Made by a program: the position numbers and the translations under genes
From: an uncultured bacterium
GTDB lineage: Bacteria; CSSED10-310; CAZUFC01
DNA length: 19,856 nt
Assembly (NCBI GenBank): GCA_964619725.1
Contig: CAZUFC010000136.1
Span: 711-20,566 of the forward strand
Direction: 5' to 3'
Shown: positions 7,929-16,346 of the stretch, piece by piece
Layout: every line of letters starts with the position of its first letter
How positions within the stretch are numbered: the first letter of the stretch is position 1
The notes under the pieces: generated by a model
What the model saw: the letters and a program-made list of their open reading frames with translations, nothing else
Told to the model about the DNA's origin: nothing
The model's database searches: none

Positions 7929-8108
7929 ATTTTATATTAGCGAATGTCAGGAGATGTGAAGTTGTTACCTCCATTTGATCAGTCCCGAAAAATGATTCTT
8001 TAAACTATCATCCGTTAAAAAGAGAGGTTTTCCTTGTTATGGATTCTGAAAAGTAATATATTTTGTCGAGTCCTGCAGATCGAACGGGACAGAAGAAAGG
8101 AGAGCAGC

Positions 8109-10007
8109 ATGAATTTTTTATCTTTTATGCAGCGCGTTGCAGGGAAGGTTGGTTTTTTTTCATTGAATACTTTGGAGCTGATCCCGCGAGACATATTATT
8201 CGGCAATCCCGACAAGATGAGTCCCCGGATATCTCCTGACGGCAAGAGGCTGGGATATGTAGCGCCGGTAGATGACGTATTGAACGTATGGACAAAGACG
8301 ATAGGCGAGGAAGACGACAAGCCTGTCACGGACGACAGTGAGCGAGGCATTTACATGTTCGGATGGGCATATAACGACAGGCATATATTGTATTTGCAGG
8401 ATTCGGACGGCGATGAGAACTGGCATTTGTACGGCGTTGATCTTGAGACGGGGGAAACGCAGGATTTCACTCCGTTTGAAAAGGTGAGCACGCATATCAT
8501 AGCGAGCGACAAGAATTACCCCAACGAATTAATAATCGGGATGAACAAGAGGGATGAGAAGAGTCATGATGCGTATCATCTTGACCTGGAGACTGGAGAG
8601 TTGACTATGCGTGCGGAGAATCCGGGTAATGTTCTGAGCTGGGTGATAGATTCGAAGTTGCAAGTCAGGGGAAAAGTGATGTCGCGGCCTGACGGCGGTT
8701 TCAAATTAATGGTGCGAGACGACGAGGAGTCGGAGTGGCGCGACCTGGTTGAATGGGGAATGGAGGACAGTCTGACGAGTTCTCCGTTGGAGTTCACGAA
8801 GGACGGCCGAAAGCTTTATCTGATAGACTCCCGGAATTACAATACGGGTCGCCTGGTTTTGATGGACCTGGAAACGGGCGATACGGAAGTCATCGCACAG
8901 GACCCTCAGTATGACGTTGCAAGCGTTCTGTTTCATCCTGACGACAAGAATGTTCAGGGAGTTGGCTTCATGCGGGAACGCATGGAATGGAAGATATTGG
9001 ACGATGCGATCAGGGAGGATTATGAAAAATTGAGTGGACTACAGCGGGGCGATTTTTACGTATATTCCCGCGATAGAGCGAACGAGAACTGGTTGGTAGG
9101 ATTTGACCGTGACGACGGACCGGTATCGTATTATTCATATAATTGCAAAAACAAGGAAGCGGTGTTTCTTTTTCACAACCGTGATGCTCTGAACATGTAC
9201 GAGTTGGCGAAGATGGAGCCGGTATCATTCACGTCAAGAGACGGAATGACCATTCATGGATACCTGACCTGTCCGCCCGATAAACCCAGGACCAATCTGC
9301 CTATGGTCCTTAACGTTCACGGAGGACCTCATCATCGCGACACGTGGGGATTCTTTTCCGAAGCTCAATGGATGGCGAATCGGGGTTATGCGTGTTTACA
9401 GGTCAATTTTCGCGGTTCGACGGGATACGGCAAGGAGTTTTTGAATGCAGGGGATCGCGAATGGGGCGCCAGGATGCACGACGATCTTATTGATGCAGTA
9501 AAATGGGCTGTTGACCAGGGAATAGCCGATCCCGCTAGAGTAGCCATCTACGGAGGCTCTTACGGCGGTTATGCCGCTTTGATCGGCGCTGCTTTTACTC
9601 CGGACGTTTTCTGTTGCGCGGTAGATATTTTCGGACCAAGCAATCTGAACACTTTGATCAGAAGCATGCCGCCTTACTGGTCCGCCGCCCTGGATAATCT
9701 CAAGAGAAGAATCGGCGACCCTGATACGGAAGAGGATTTCCTTTTTTCCAGGTCTCCCTTATCACGGGTGGACCAGATCAAAATACCCATTCTGATAGCG
9801 CAGGGAGCGAACGATCCGAGAGTCAAACAGGCTGAAGCCGAACAGATCGTGGAGGCCATGGATAAAAAGGGCATAAGCTATCGATATGAACTCTTCACCG
9901 ATGAAGGTCACGGTTTTTTGAAACCTCAGAATCGGGAAAAATTTTACGGCATAGCTGAAGAATTCCTGGCTGAGCGCCTGGGCGGCAGAGCTGAAGTGAA
10001 AGCCTGA
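8109..10007 (+). CDS. S9 family serine peptidase (dipeptidyl aminopeptidase/acylaminoacyl peptidase type)
   Basis: N-terminal beta-propeller region (ISPDGK...), VHGGPH, NFRGSTGYG, nucleophile GGSYGG, GANDPRV and DEGHGF. RBS aaggag precedes ATG 8109; the exact start is uncertain. Confidence 0.92.
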   Translation: MNFLSFMQRVAGKVGFFSLNTLELIPRDILFGNPDKMSPRISPDGKRLGYVAPVDDVLNVWTKTIGEEDDKPVTDDSERGIYMFGWAYNDRHILYLQDSDGDENWHLYGVDLETGETQDFTPFEKVSTHIIASDKNYPNELIIGMNKRDEKSHDAYHLDLETGELTMRAENPGNVLSWVIDSKLQVRGKVMSRPDGGFKLMVRDDEESEWRDLVEWGMEDSLTSSPLEFTKDGRKLYLIDSRNYNTGRLVLMDLETGDTEVIAQDPQYDVASVLFHPDDKNVQGVGFMRERMEWKILDDAIREDYEKLSGLQRGDFYVYSRDRANENWLVGFDRDDGPVSYYSYNCKNKEAVFLFHNRDALNMYELAKMEPVSFTSRDGMTIHGYLTCPPDKPRTNLPMVLNVHGGPHHRDTWGFFSEAQWMANRGYACLQVNFRGSTGYGKEFLNAGDREWGARMHDDLIDAVKWAVDQGIADPARVAIYGGSYGGYAALIGAAFTPDVFCCAVDIFGPSNLNTLIRSMPPYWSAALDNLKRRIGDPDTEEDFLFSRSPLSRVDQIKIPILIAQGANDPRVKQAEAEQIVEAMDKKGISYRYELFTDEGHGFLKPQNREKFYGIAEEFLAERLGGRAEVKA

Positions 10008-10049
10008 AAAGAGAGCTTGCATCGTACGGTTTTTTATTGAGAGTCTAAT

Positions 10050-11189
10050 ATGAAATTCATTCACACGGGGGATTGGCATCTGGGCCGTATTTTTTATGGA
10101 CGGCATCTGACGGAAGATCAGGAATATGCTTTAAGGCAGGTGAGGGATATCGCCCTGGAGCGCCAGGCGGATGCTGTTTTGATAGCGGGCGACATCTATG
10201 ACCGGGCAGTGCCGCCTCCTGATGCCGTCAATCTGCTCTCGTCCGTCCTGGAAGAGTTGACCGTCGAACATGAACTGCCCGTCATTATGATTGCGGGAAA
10301 TCATGATGGAGCGGACCGGCTGTCCTATTGTCGCAACTTGCTGGCATCCAGAGGATTATATGTATATGCTCAGCCGTCCTGCGACCTGGAGCCGGTGGAA
10401 ATCGCCGACGGTTTCATTTACCCCATACCCTATACCGAACCGTCCGAGGCGGCCCTTGTCTTCCATTCTGATGCTATTCACACTCACCAGGACGTCATGA
10501 ACGCTTATCTGGAAAGAATAAACAGGGACAGACCGTCCGGCGCCGGCGTCGTTCTTATGGCTCATATATTCGCCGCAGGCGGCAATGAACAGGGAGAGGA
10601 ACGGCCGCTGAGCGTCGGAGGCGCTGAACGCGTTTCACCCGACATCTTCGACGGCTTCCAATACGTCGCTCTCGGACACCTTCATCGCCCCCAGGAATTC
10701 AAAAACGGCAGAATTCAATATGCCGGTTCACTTCTGCCTTATGAATTCGCCGACAATATTCAGCATAAATCGGTCGCATACGTGAGGATCGAACAGGGCG
10801 AAACATTTGTGGAACGTATACCGATCAAACCTTTGCGTGAGGTTCGAACGGTCAAAGGCAAAATGTCCGGCATCATTGAACAGGGCAAAGAGGACTCGGA
10901 AAAAGAGGATTACATCAAGGCCGTTTTGACCGACCGACGGGCTATACTGCATCCTTTCGAGCAGATAAAAGAGGTCTATCCCAACCTTATGACGCTGGAA
11001 CGACCGGAATACAGGCATGATGCCGGTTTCTCCCGCTCCTGGGACGCCAGGCAATTGCGGGAACGCGATGCCGTATCCATTTTCCGGGACTTCTATCTTC
11101 ACGTGCAGGGCCGGGAACTAAACCAGGAAGGCGCCGATTTCCTGGTCGATGTCCTGGAAGAACTCAGAAAAGAGGAGCGCAAAGAATGA
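10050..11189 (+). CDS. sbcD: Exonuclease SbcCD subunit D (Mre11 family)
   Basis: HTGDWHLG, AGDIYD, IAGNHD, ERPLSVGG, YVALGHLH and YAGSLL; coupled to sbcC. Confidence 0.95.
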   Translation: MKFIHTGDWHLGRIFYGRHLTEDQEYALRQVRDIALERQADAVLIAGDIYDRAVPPPDAVNLLSSVLEELTVEHELPVIMIAGNHDGADRLSYCRNLLASRGLYVYAQPSCDLEPVEIADGFIYPIPYTEPSEAALVFHSDAIHTHQDVMNAYLERINRDRPSGAGVVLMAHIFAAGGNEQGEERPLSVGGAERVSPDIFDGFQYVALGHLHRPQEFKNGRIQYAGSLLPYEFADNIQHKSVAYVRIEQGETFVERIPIKPLREVRTVKGKMSGIIEQGKEDSEKEDYIKAVLTDRRAILHPFEQIKEVYPNLMTLERPEYRHDAGFSRSWDARQLRERDAVSIFRDFYLHVQGRELNQEGADFLVDVLEELRKEERKE

Positions 11190-14100
11190 AACCCGTTCTT
11201 CTCACTATGAGCGCGTTCGGTCCTTATGCGGATCGTGAGATCATAGATTTTCGAAAGCTGCAGGAGCGCGATTTTTTTCTTATTCACGGAAAAACAGGCG
11301 GAGGCAAAACCACGATTCTTGATGCCGTCACCTTTGCCCTGTACGGCGAATCAAGCGGAAAAGACAGACTGGTCTCGCAACTGAAAAGTCAGCACGCCGA
11401 TCCGTCAGCCGTCACGGAAGTCGAATTCATCTTCCGTTTCTCCGGGGCCGTCTATAAATTATACCGCTCCCCTGGACAGGAACGCGCCAAAAAAAGAGGC
11501 GAAGGGATGACTTACCAGAATCCCAAGGCCGTATTGTGGCTTCTGGACGACAATCTGCAGGAAGTTAAAGTTTTGAAAAAAGGTGATACCAAAGTGACGC
11601 GGCATATAGAAAAACTTCTGCAGTTCAGAGCGGATCAGTTCCGACAGGTCGTCATTCTCCCGCAAGGTAAATTTCAGCAGGTGCTTACCGCTGAACCGGC
11701 AGAAAGAGAAAGCCTTTTTCGTACACTTTTCGGGACGGAATTTTACTCGAAAGTTACCGATAAACTCAAACAGAAATCTCTTGAACTGAAAAACAAAAGA
11801 ATCGAATTAATCAAAATCAGTGAAGGCATACTGCAGAATCAGGGTGTGGAAAACGTCGAAGAACTGGAATCAAACCTGCTCCAGCAAAATCAAAACATCG
11901 AACAACTCCTGATTCAAGTTAAAAATCTGGAATCCGTCAAAACCAGAATGCAGGAAAAAACAGCTAAAGCAGAAAAGGACCTCGAACTTATCCTGGCCCA
12001 TAAAAAAGCCTCTGAAGAACTGGAAACCGTTAAAAATAAGACCGGCGATTACGAAGAAAACAAAAAGAACCTCAAGAAAACCAAAAACGCAAAATCCGTT
12101 GATGTCGTCTATAAAAACTTCATCAATCTCAAAAAGGAAACCGACGAAGCGAATGGTGAATTGCGGGTCAAACAGAAACGCCTCAAGGAACTGAAACGCT
12201 CGCTTGCATTGAAAGAGCAGGAAAAGCCGCTTCAGGAACAAAGAATTAAACGTCTTGAAGCTGCACGAAGGGCTGAAAGAATCGTTGCAGGCGAAGAAGC
12301 CTATAAATCAGCCAAGAAAACCTTTGATGAAGAGCAGAAAAAGAAAGATACATATCAGAAAAAACTCAATGATACGGAAAAACAACTTCAAAAGGCGACA
12401 GAAGAGTTTGAAGCCGAGGAAAAGAAGACTGATCAGAGAAAGGACGCTGAAAAAGAAGTTACACGGATAAAAACGCTGCAGGCCAAAGCCGCGCTGATTG
12501 CTGAGATGAAAAAAAAGCGGCAGGAGTTGGAAAAGAATGCGGAATCGCTTTACATCCAGAAAAAAAATAAAGAAAAAAGCATGCAGCAGGTGGAAGCTCA
12601 GATACTGAAAGGCACGGAAAAAAGAGAGGCGCTCATTCCCCTGATTTCCGGCTTAAAAGGAGTCCAGGCAGAAAAGAAGGAAGCGGCGGAACTTCTTCAG
12701 TCTTACAAAATTCTGAGCGAGAGGAAAAAATCCCTTTCCGTCCTGGAAAAAAAACGCACAGAAGCCGCCCAGGCCTACCAGGAAGCGTTGCTCGTTACTC
12801 AGAGCTCTGAAAAAACGCTTTGGACCCTTCAACATAAATATCATTCGGCTCAGGCGGCTAAACTGGCTTCGAATCTGATTCCGGGGGAACCTTGTCCCGT
12901 ATGCGGTTCGCCGGAACATCCTCATCCTGCCGAACCGGAAAAGGATCAGCCGACAAAAAAACAGATATCCCGGGCCGAAGCCGAATTGAAGAAAAGCCGT
13001 AAGATCGAAAAGGAAAAACTGGAAATAAAAACCGCTGTCGATTCGGAGTACGATGTGCTCAAAGGACGAATAGAGTCTTTAAAAGAGAGCCTCGGCGAAT
13101 ATGCAGATACGCCTGTTGCACCCCTTGTGGAACGCATGAAAAGCGCTGAAGATGATTTGAAAAAGATTCATCGCTCTCAAAAAGAATTGGATAAACTCGA
13201 ATACATTTTAAAAAAAGGTCGAGACAGTTTGGAGAAACAAAAGGCGGAGTTGACGGAATTAAGTAAAAAAACGGAAGAAATAACGCTGGAACTGGCTGAG
13301 AGAAAAGGCGAACTGGAGGGAGCGGAAAGGGAAGTCCCGGAAGAGCTGCGGGAACCCGGTAAATTGAGCTTACTGTTGAGTGAAAAAGAAAGGCGACGGG
13401 ATGAATTAATCAGGCGTCATGAGAAAGCCCGGAAGGAAAAAGAGTCGCTAGAGTCAAAATTGAGTACATGGAAAAGCCATTTAACGGACATTTCTTCCCG
13501 AATAAATGAAGCCGGTCTGCAGGCAGCGGAGACGAAGAGGCAATTCGACGATTTGCTGCAGAAGGAAGGCTTCGAAGACGCAGACGAATACATAAAATCT
13601 CGATTGAAATCAGGGGAGATGAAGAAAATTGAAAGCCTGATAGAGGAATACAAGACTAAAGTCGATGAATTAAATACCAGATTGAAATCACAATTTTCCC
13701 TTATTGAAGAATCTCATACCAGGTTGAATCGGCTGAAGGACAAACTGGAAACGGCAAAGAGTAATTTCGAGCAGAAGCTGTCATCAGAGGGTTTCAAATC
13801 AGAAGAAGCTTTTTTGGGAGCGCGGATTTCGGATGAGGAGATTGAGTCCCTGGAGGCAATTATAAATGATTTTGAAAGGCGTTTGGCGATAGCCGTTTCC
13901 AGGGAAAGGGAGGCGGCCGGGAAAACGGAAGGCTTATCCATGCCTGATATGGAACAGTTGAAGTCGGAACAGAAAAAGGTGGAAGCGGAATATGCGGAAT
14001 CGAACGACAACCTGATCAAAACGAGGACCCAACGGGATCAGATGGAAAAAACCTTGAAGAATCTGAAAGATAACCGGCAGAAGCTCCAGGAAGTGGATAA

Positions 14101-14650
14101 AAAATACGGCATAGTGGGTGAGTTGGCCGAAACTGCAGCCGGACAGGGGCCGGGCTTGAAGCTGAACCTTCAGCGCTTTGTGCTCAGCGTTCTTTTGGAA
14201 GAGGTTCTGGACAGCGCAGGCGAAAGACTGGAACGAATGAGTCGCGGACGCTACAGACTGGAACCATACATGGGAACTGAAACGGGAAAGAGACTGGCGG
14301 GACTGGGAATTCACGTTTTCGACCATTTCACGGGCGAAAGCAGAGAAGCGAAAACGCTGTCAGGCGGAGAGACGTTCCTGGCTTCGCTCTCTCTTGCTTT
14401 AGGCCTGGTCGATGTCGTCCAGGCCCATGCCGGCGGCGTTTCCCTGGATACCATATTTATCGATGAAGGCTTCGGTTCGCTTGACGGAGAATCCCTGGAT
14501 ATTGCGCTCGATACCATCGATCAGTTGAAACAACCCGGAAGACTCGTAGGCATAATCTCCCATGTTGAAGCCCTGAGAACACGTATCCCCACCAGGCTGG
14601 AAATCCTGGCCGGTAAAACAGGCAGCAGAACCAGGTTCGTGCTCAATTAG
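11186..14650 (+). CDS. sbcC: Exonuclease SbcCD subunit C (Rad50/SMC family ATPase), 1154 aa
   Basis: Walker A GKTGGGKTT, Q-loop LPQGKF, long coiled coils, zinc hook CPVCGS, signature LSGGE, Walker B IFIDEGFGSLD and H-loop IISH. ATGA overlap with sbcD. Confidence 0.95.
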   Translation: MKPVLLTMSAFGPYADREIIDFRKLQERDFFLIHGKTGGGKTTILDAVTFALYGESSGKDRLVSQLKSQHADPSAVTEVEFIFRFSGAVYKLYRSPGQERAKKRGEGMTYQNPKAVLWLLDDNLQEVKVLKKGDTKVTRHIEKLLQFRADQFRQVVILPQGKFQQVLTAEPAERESLFRTLFGTEFYSKVTDKLKQKSLELKNKRIELIKISEGILQNQGVENVEELESNLLQQNQNIEQLLIQVKNLESVKTRMQEKTAKAEKDLELILAHKKASEELETVKNKTGDYEENKKNLKKTKNAKSVDVVYKNFINLKKETDEANGELRVKQKRLKELKRSLALKEQEKPLQEQRIKRLEAARRAERIVAGEEAYKSAKKTFDEEQKKKDTYQKKLNDTEKQLQKATEEFEAEEKKTDQRKDAEKEVTRIKTLQAKAALIAEMKKKRQELEKNAESLYIQKKNKEKSMQQVEAQILKGTEKREALIPLISGLKGVQAEKKEAAELLQSYKILSERKKSLSVLEKKRTEAAQAYQEALLVTQSSEKTLWTLQHKYHSAQAAKLASNLIPGEPCPVCGSPEHPHPAEPEKDQPTKKQISRAEAELKKSRKIEKEKLEIKTAVDSEYDVLKGRIESLKESLGEYADTPVAPLVERMKSAEDDLKKIHRSQKELDKLEYILKKGRDSLEKQKAELTELSKKTEEITLELAERKGELEGAEREVPEELREPGKLSLLLSEKERRRDELIRRHEKARKEKESLESKLSTWKSHLTDISSRINEAGLQAAETKRQFDDLLQKEGFEDADEYIKSRLKSGEMKKIESLIEEYKTKVDELNTRLKSQFSLIEESHTRLNRLKDKLETAKSNFEQKLSSEGFKSEEAFLGARISDEEIESLEAIINDFERRLAIAVSREREAAGKTEGLSMPDMEQLKSEQKKVEAEYAESNDNLIKTRTQRDQMEKTLKNLKDNRQKLQEVDKKYGIVGELAETAAGQGPGLKLNLQRFVLSVLLEEVLDSAGERLERMSRGRYRLEPYMGTETGKRLAGLGIHVFDHFTGESREAKTLSGGETFLASLSLALGLVDVVQAHAGGVSLDTIFIDEGFGSLDGESLDIALDTIDQLKQPGRLVGIISHVEALRTRIPTRLEILAGKTGSRTRFVLN

Positions 14651-14815
14651 AGCCTGTCTGTCCCCGCAGGACTTATTCTGCGCTTCCCGGATGTCCCCTG
14701 CGCTTTGATGATGTTCTATTACCGGTAACGATTCATATCTCCCTAAAAAGCGTCGTTTACTTGATAATTCTCATAATAATCATTATTAAACTAGTGAGGC
14801 GCTAAAGGGAAAAAA

Positions 14816-16171
14816 ATGAAACGGATGAAAAGCAATAAAAAAACAAAACTTACGAAATTAGGTTCCGGATTGATCATCGTACTTTTGCTGTTCATTTCCA
14901 CAGGAAACGCGGTCGATGCTGCGGAAGAGCCATTTTACAGTTATCGAACCGATCATATATTCTGGGTCGCCTTTACTGCCGATACGCACATCGGCGCCAA
15001 TTTTTCTTCTGCATACGATAATCTTGCCTGGTTTCTCACGGAGTTTCTGCCTGAGGTGAATCCTCATTTGACGGTATTCGGAGGCGATCTGACGGACGGG
15101 CATGCCATCGTGAAAACGGAAGGCGATGAAAAGTTTTTCTGTTACCAGGGATATGACGAATGGGATGATTATAATACCCTGGTGACGGCTGTGCTGAATT
15201 CGGATAACTGTCTTGACGTACCCGGTAATCATGATTCGGACGGGGACGACGACATGAGTTTCTACCTGGAGCGTTCTATCCAGGGACAGACGTCCGGACA
15301 GACGCAGAATTCCGTATATCTTGAATTGCCGTTCGGCACATATCACTTTCTGGGAACCGATACGGCGGAAGGCGGTTCGGATTGCGCCCTGGGCGCCCGG
15401 GGGCTTGACGCCGGCGAATTGGGATTCATAGAACAGGAATTGCAGGCGGCTTCGGGTGCAAGCATGAGCATGGTGTTCGGTCACCACCCTATCGGTAATT
15501 TTTCTTACGGGGCCCCTGAGTTTCGCGGGTTATTGACGGCTTACGGCGCATCTCTTTATGGATACGGTCATACGCACAGTTCAAGCCAGAATTGGAACAG
15601 CGGAGGCTATCTGGAGCTGGAAACGGCTTCTCTGGGCAAAACGCCGGAAAACGATTGCGTCTCCATTATCGCGGTCGACTGCAACGGCATATCCGTCAAG
15701 CAGTCGCGCATGGATAGCTGGCCCATCGTTATGATCACGGCCCCTTTGGACAGGGATATGGGCGGCGTCAGCGCCAATCCTCAGGCTTATCACATAGGCG
15801 CATTCAACAATAATCCCATACGGGTTCTGGCCTTCGATACTACTGACGTTTCCGTTTCTATAAAGGTTAATATGGGCTCCTGGCAGCCCCTGACGCCCGT
15901 ACCGGACACGCCCCATCTCTTTTACGGCGCCTGGGACAGCTTATCCCTGATGCAAGGTCTGCACACCATTACGGCAAGAGCCGTCGGCAGCGGCGAAGCC
16001 TTCGACACCATAACCGTTTATGTGAATCCAGCGCTCCTGCCGACTCCCGAACCGGCTACGCCCACTCCCCAGCCTGTTCCGCTTCTTTCGCCTGCGGGAA
16101 TTTCCCTGGTCGTCGTTTTCTTCTCATTATTTATCCTGTTTTCCCTATTAAAAAAATCAAAAATAACTTAA
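14816..16171 (+). CDS. Exported calcineurin-like metallophosphoesterase with Ig-like domain, Pro/Thr linker and IPTL-CTERM-like membrane anchor
   Basis: Signal peptide, then ADTHIG, GGDLTDG, PGNHD, FGHHP and YGHTH motifs. WDS...GLHTITARA resembles a Big-type domain. The tail is PTPEPATPTPQP-VPLLSPAG, a TM helix and KKSK. Confidence 0.85.
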   Translation: MKRMKSNKKTKLTKLGSGLIIVLLLFISTGNAVDAAEEPFYSYRTDHIFWVAFTADTHIGANFSSAYDNLAWFLTEFLPEVNPHLTVFGGDLTDGHAIVKTEGDEKFFCYQGYDEWDDYNTLVTAVLNSDNCLDVPGNHDSDGDDDMSFYLERSIQGQTSGQTQNSVYLELPFGTYHFLGTDTAEGGSDCALGARGLDAGELGFIEQELQAASGASMSMVFGHHPIGNFSYGAPEFRGLLTAYGASLYGYGHTHSSSQNWNSGGYLELETASLGKTPENDCVSIIAVDCNGISVKQSRMDSWPIVMITAPLDRDMGGVSANPQAYHIGAFNNNPIRVLAFDTTDVSVSIKVNMGSWQPLTPVPDTPHLFYGAWDSLSLMQGLHTITARAVGSGEAFDTITVYVNPALLPTPEPATPTPQPVPLLSPAGISLVVVFFSLFILFSLLKKSKIT

Positions 16172-16269
16172 TCTGCTGTTCTTATCCGTGATGATCAGGG
16201 ACGTCCGAAGTCGCCGCAGGCTTGACAAAAATGCGGGTATTTTGATCATCGTCAAATTCCCGTTTTTCC

Positions 16270-16298
16270 TTGACTTATTGAAAGAACAGGAATATACA
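16270..16298 (+). promoter_or_regulatory. Sigma70-type promoter for transketolase
   Basis: TTGACT-N17-TATACA, ~50 nt upstream of the ATG; GGGGGTGA RBS. Confidence 0.5.
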
Positions 16299-16346
16299 GG
16301 TCTTGTCGAATTTTGTTTAGCTTGAATTTTGAGCAGGGGGTGAGTT

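Noticed and set aside
10050-14650. SMC-type anti-plasmid or anti-phage system (Wadjet/Lamassu-like)
   Set aside because: Canonical sbcD-sbcC order with a zinc hook and no effector, kleisin or JetD-like partners; ordinary repair nuclease.
14651-14730. Short repeats tgtcccc(t)gc / ctgcgctt and palindrome ttaccggtaa after sbcC
   Set aside because: Too short and degenerate to distinguish from chance; no clear terminator or element boundaries.
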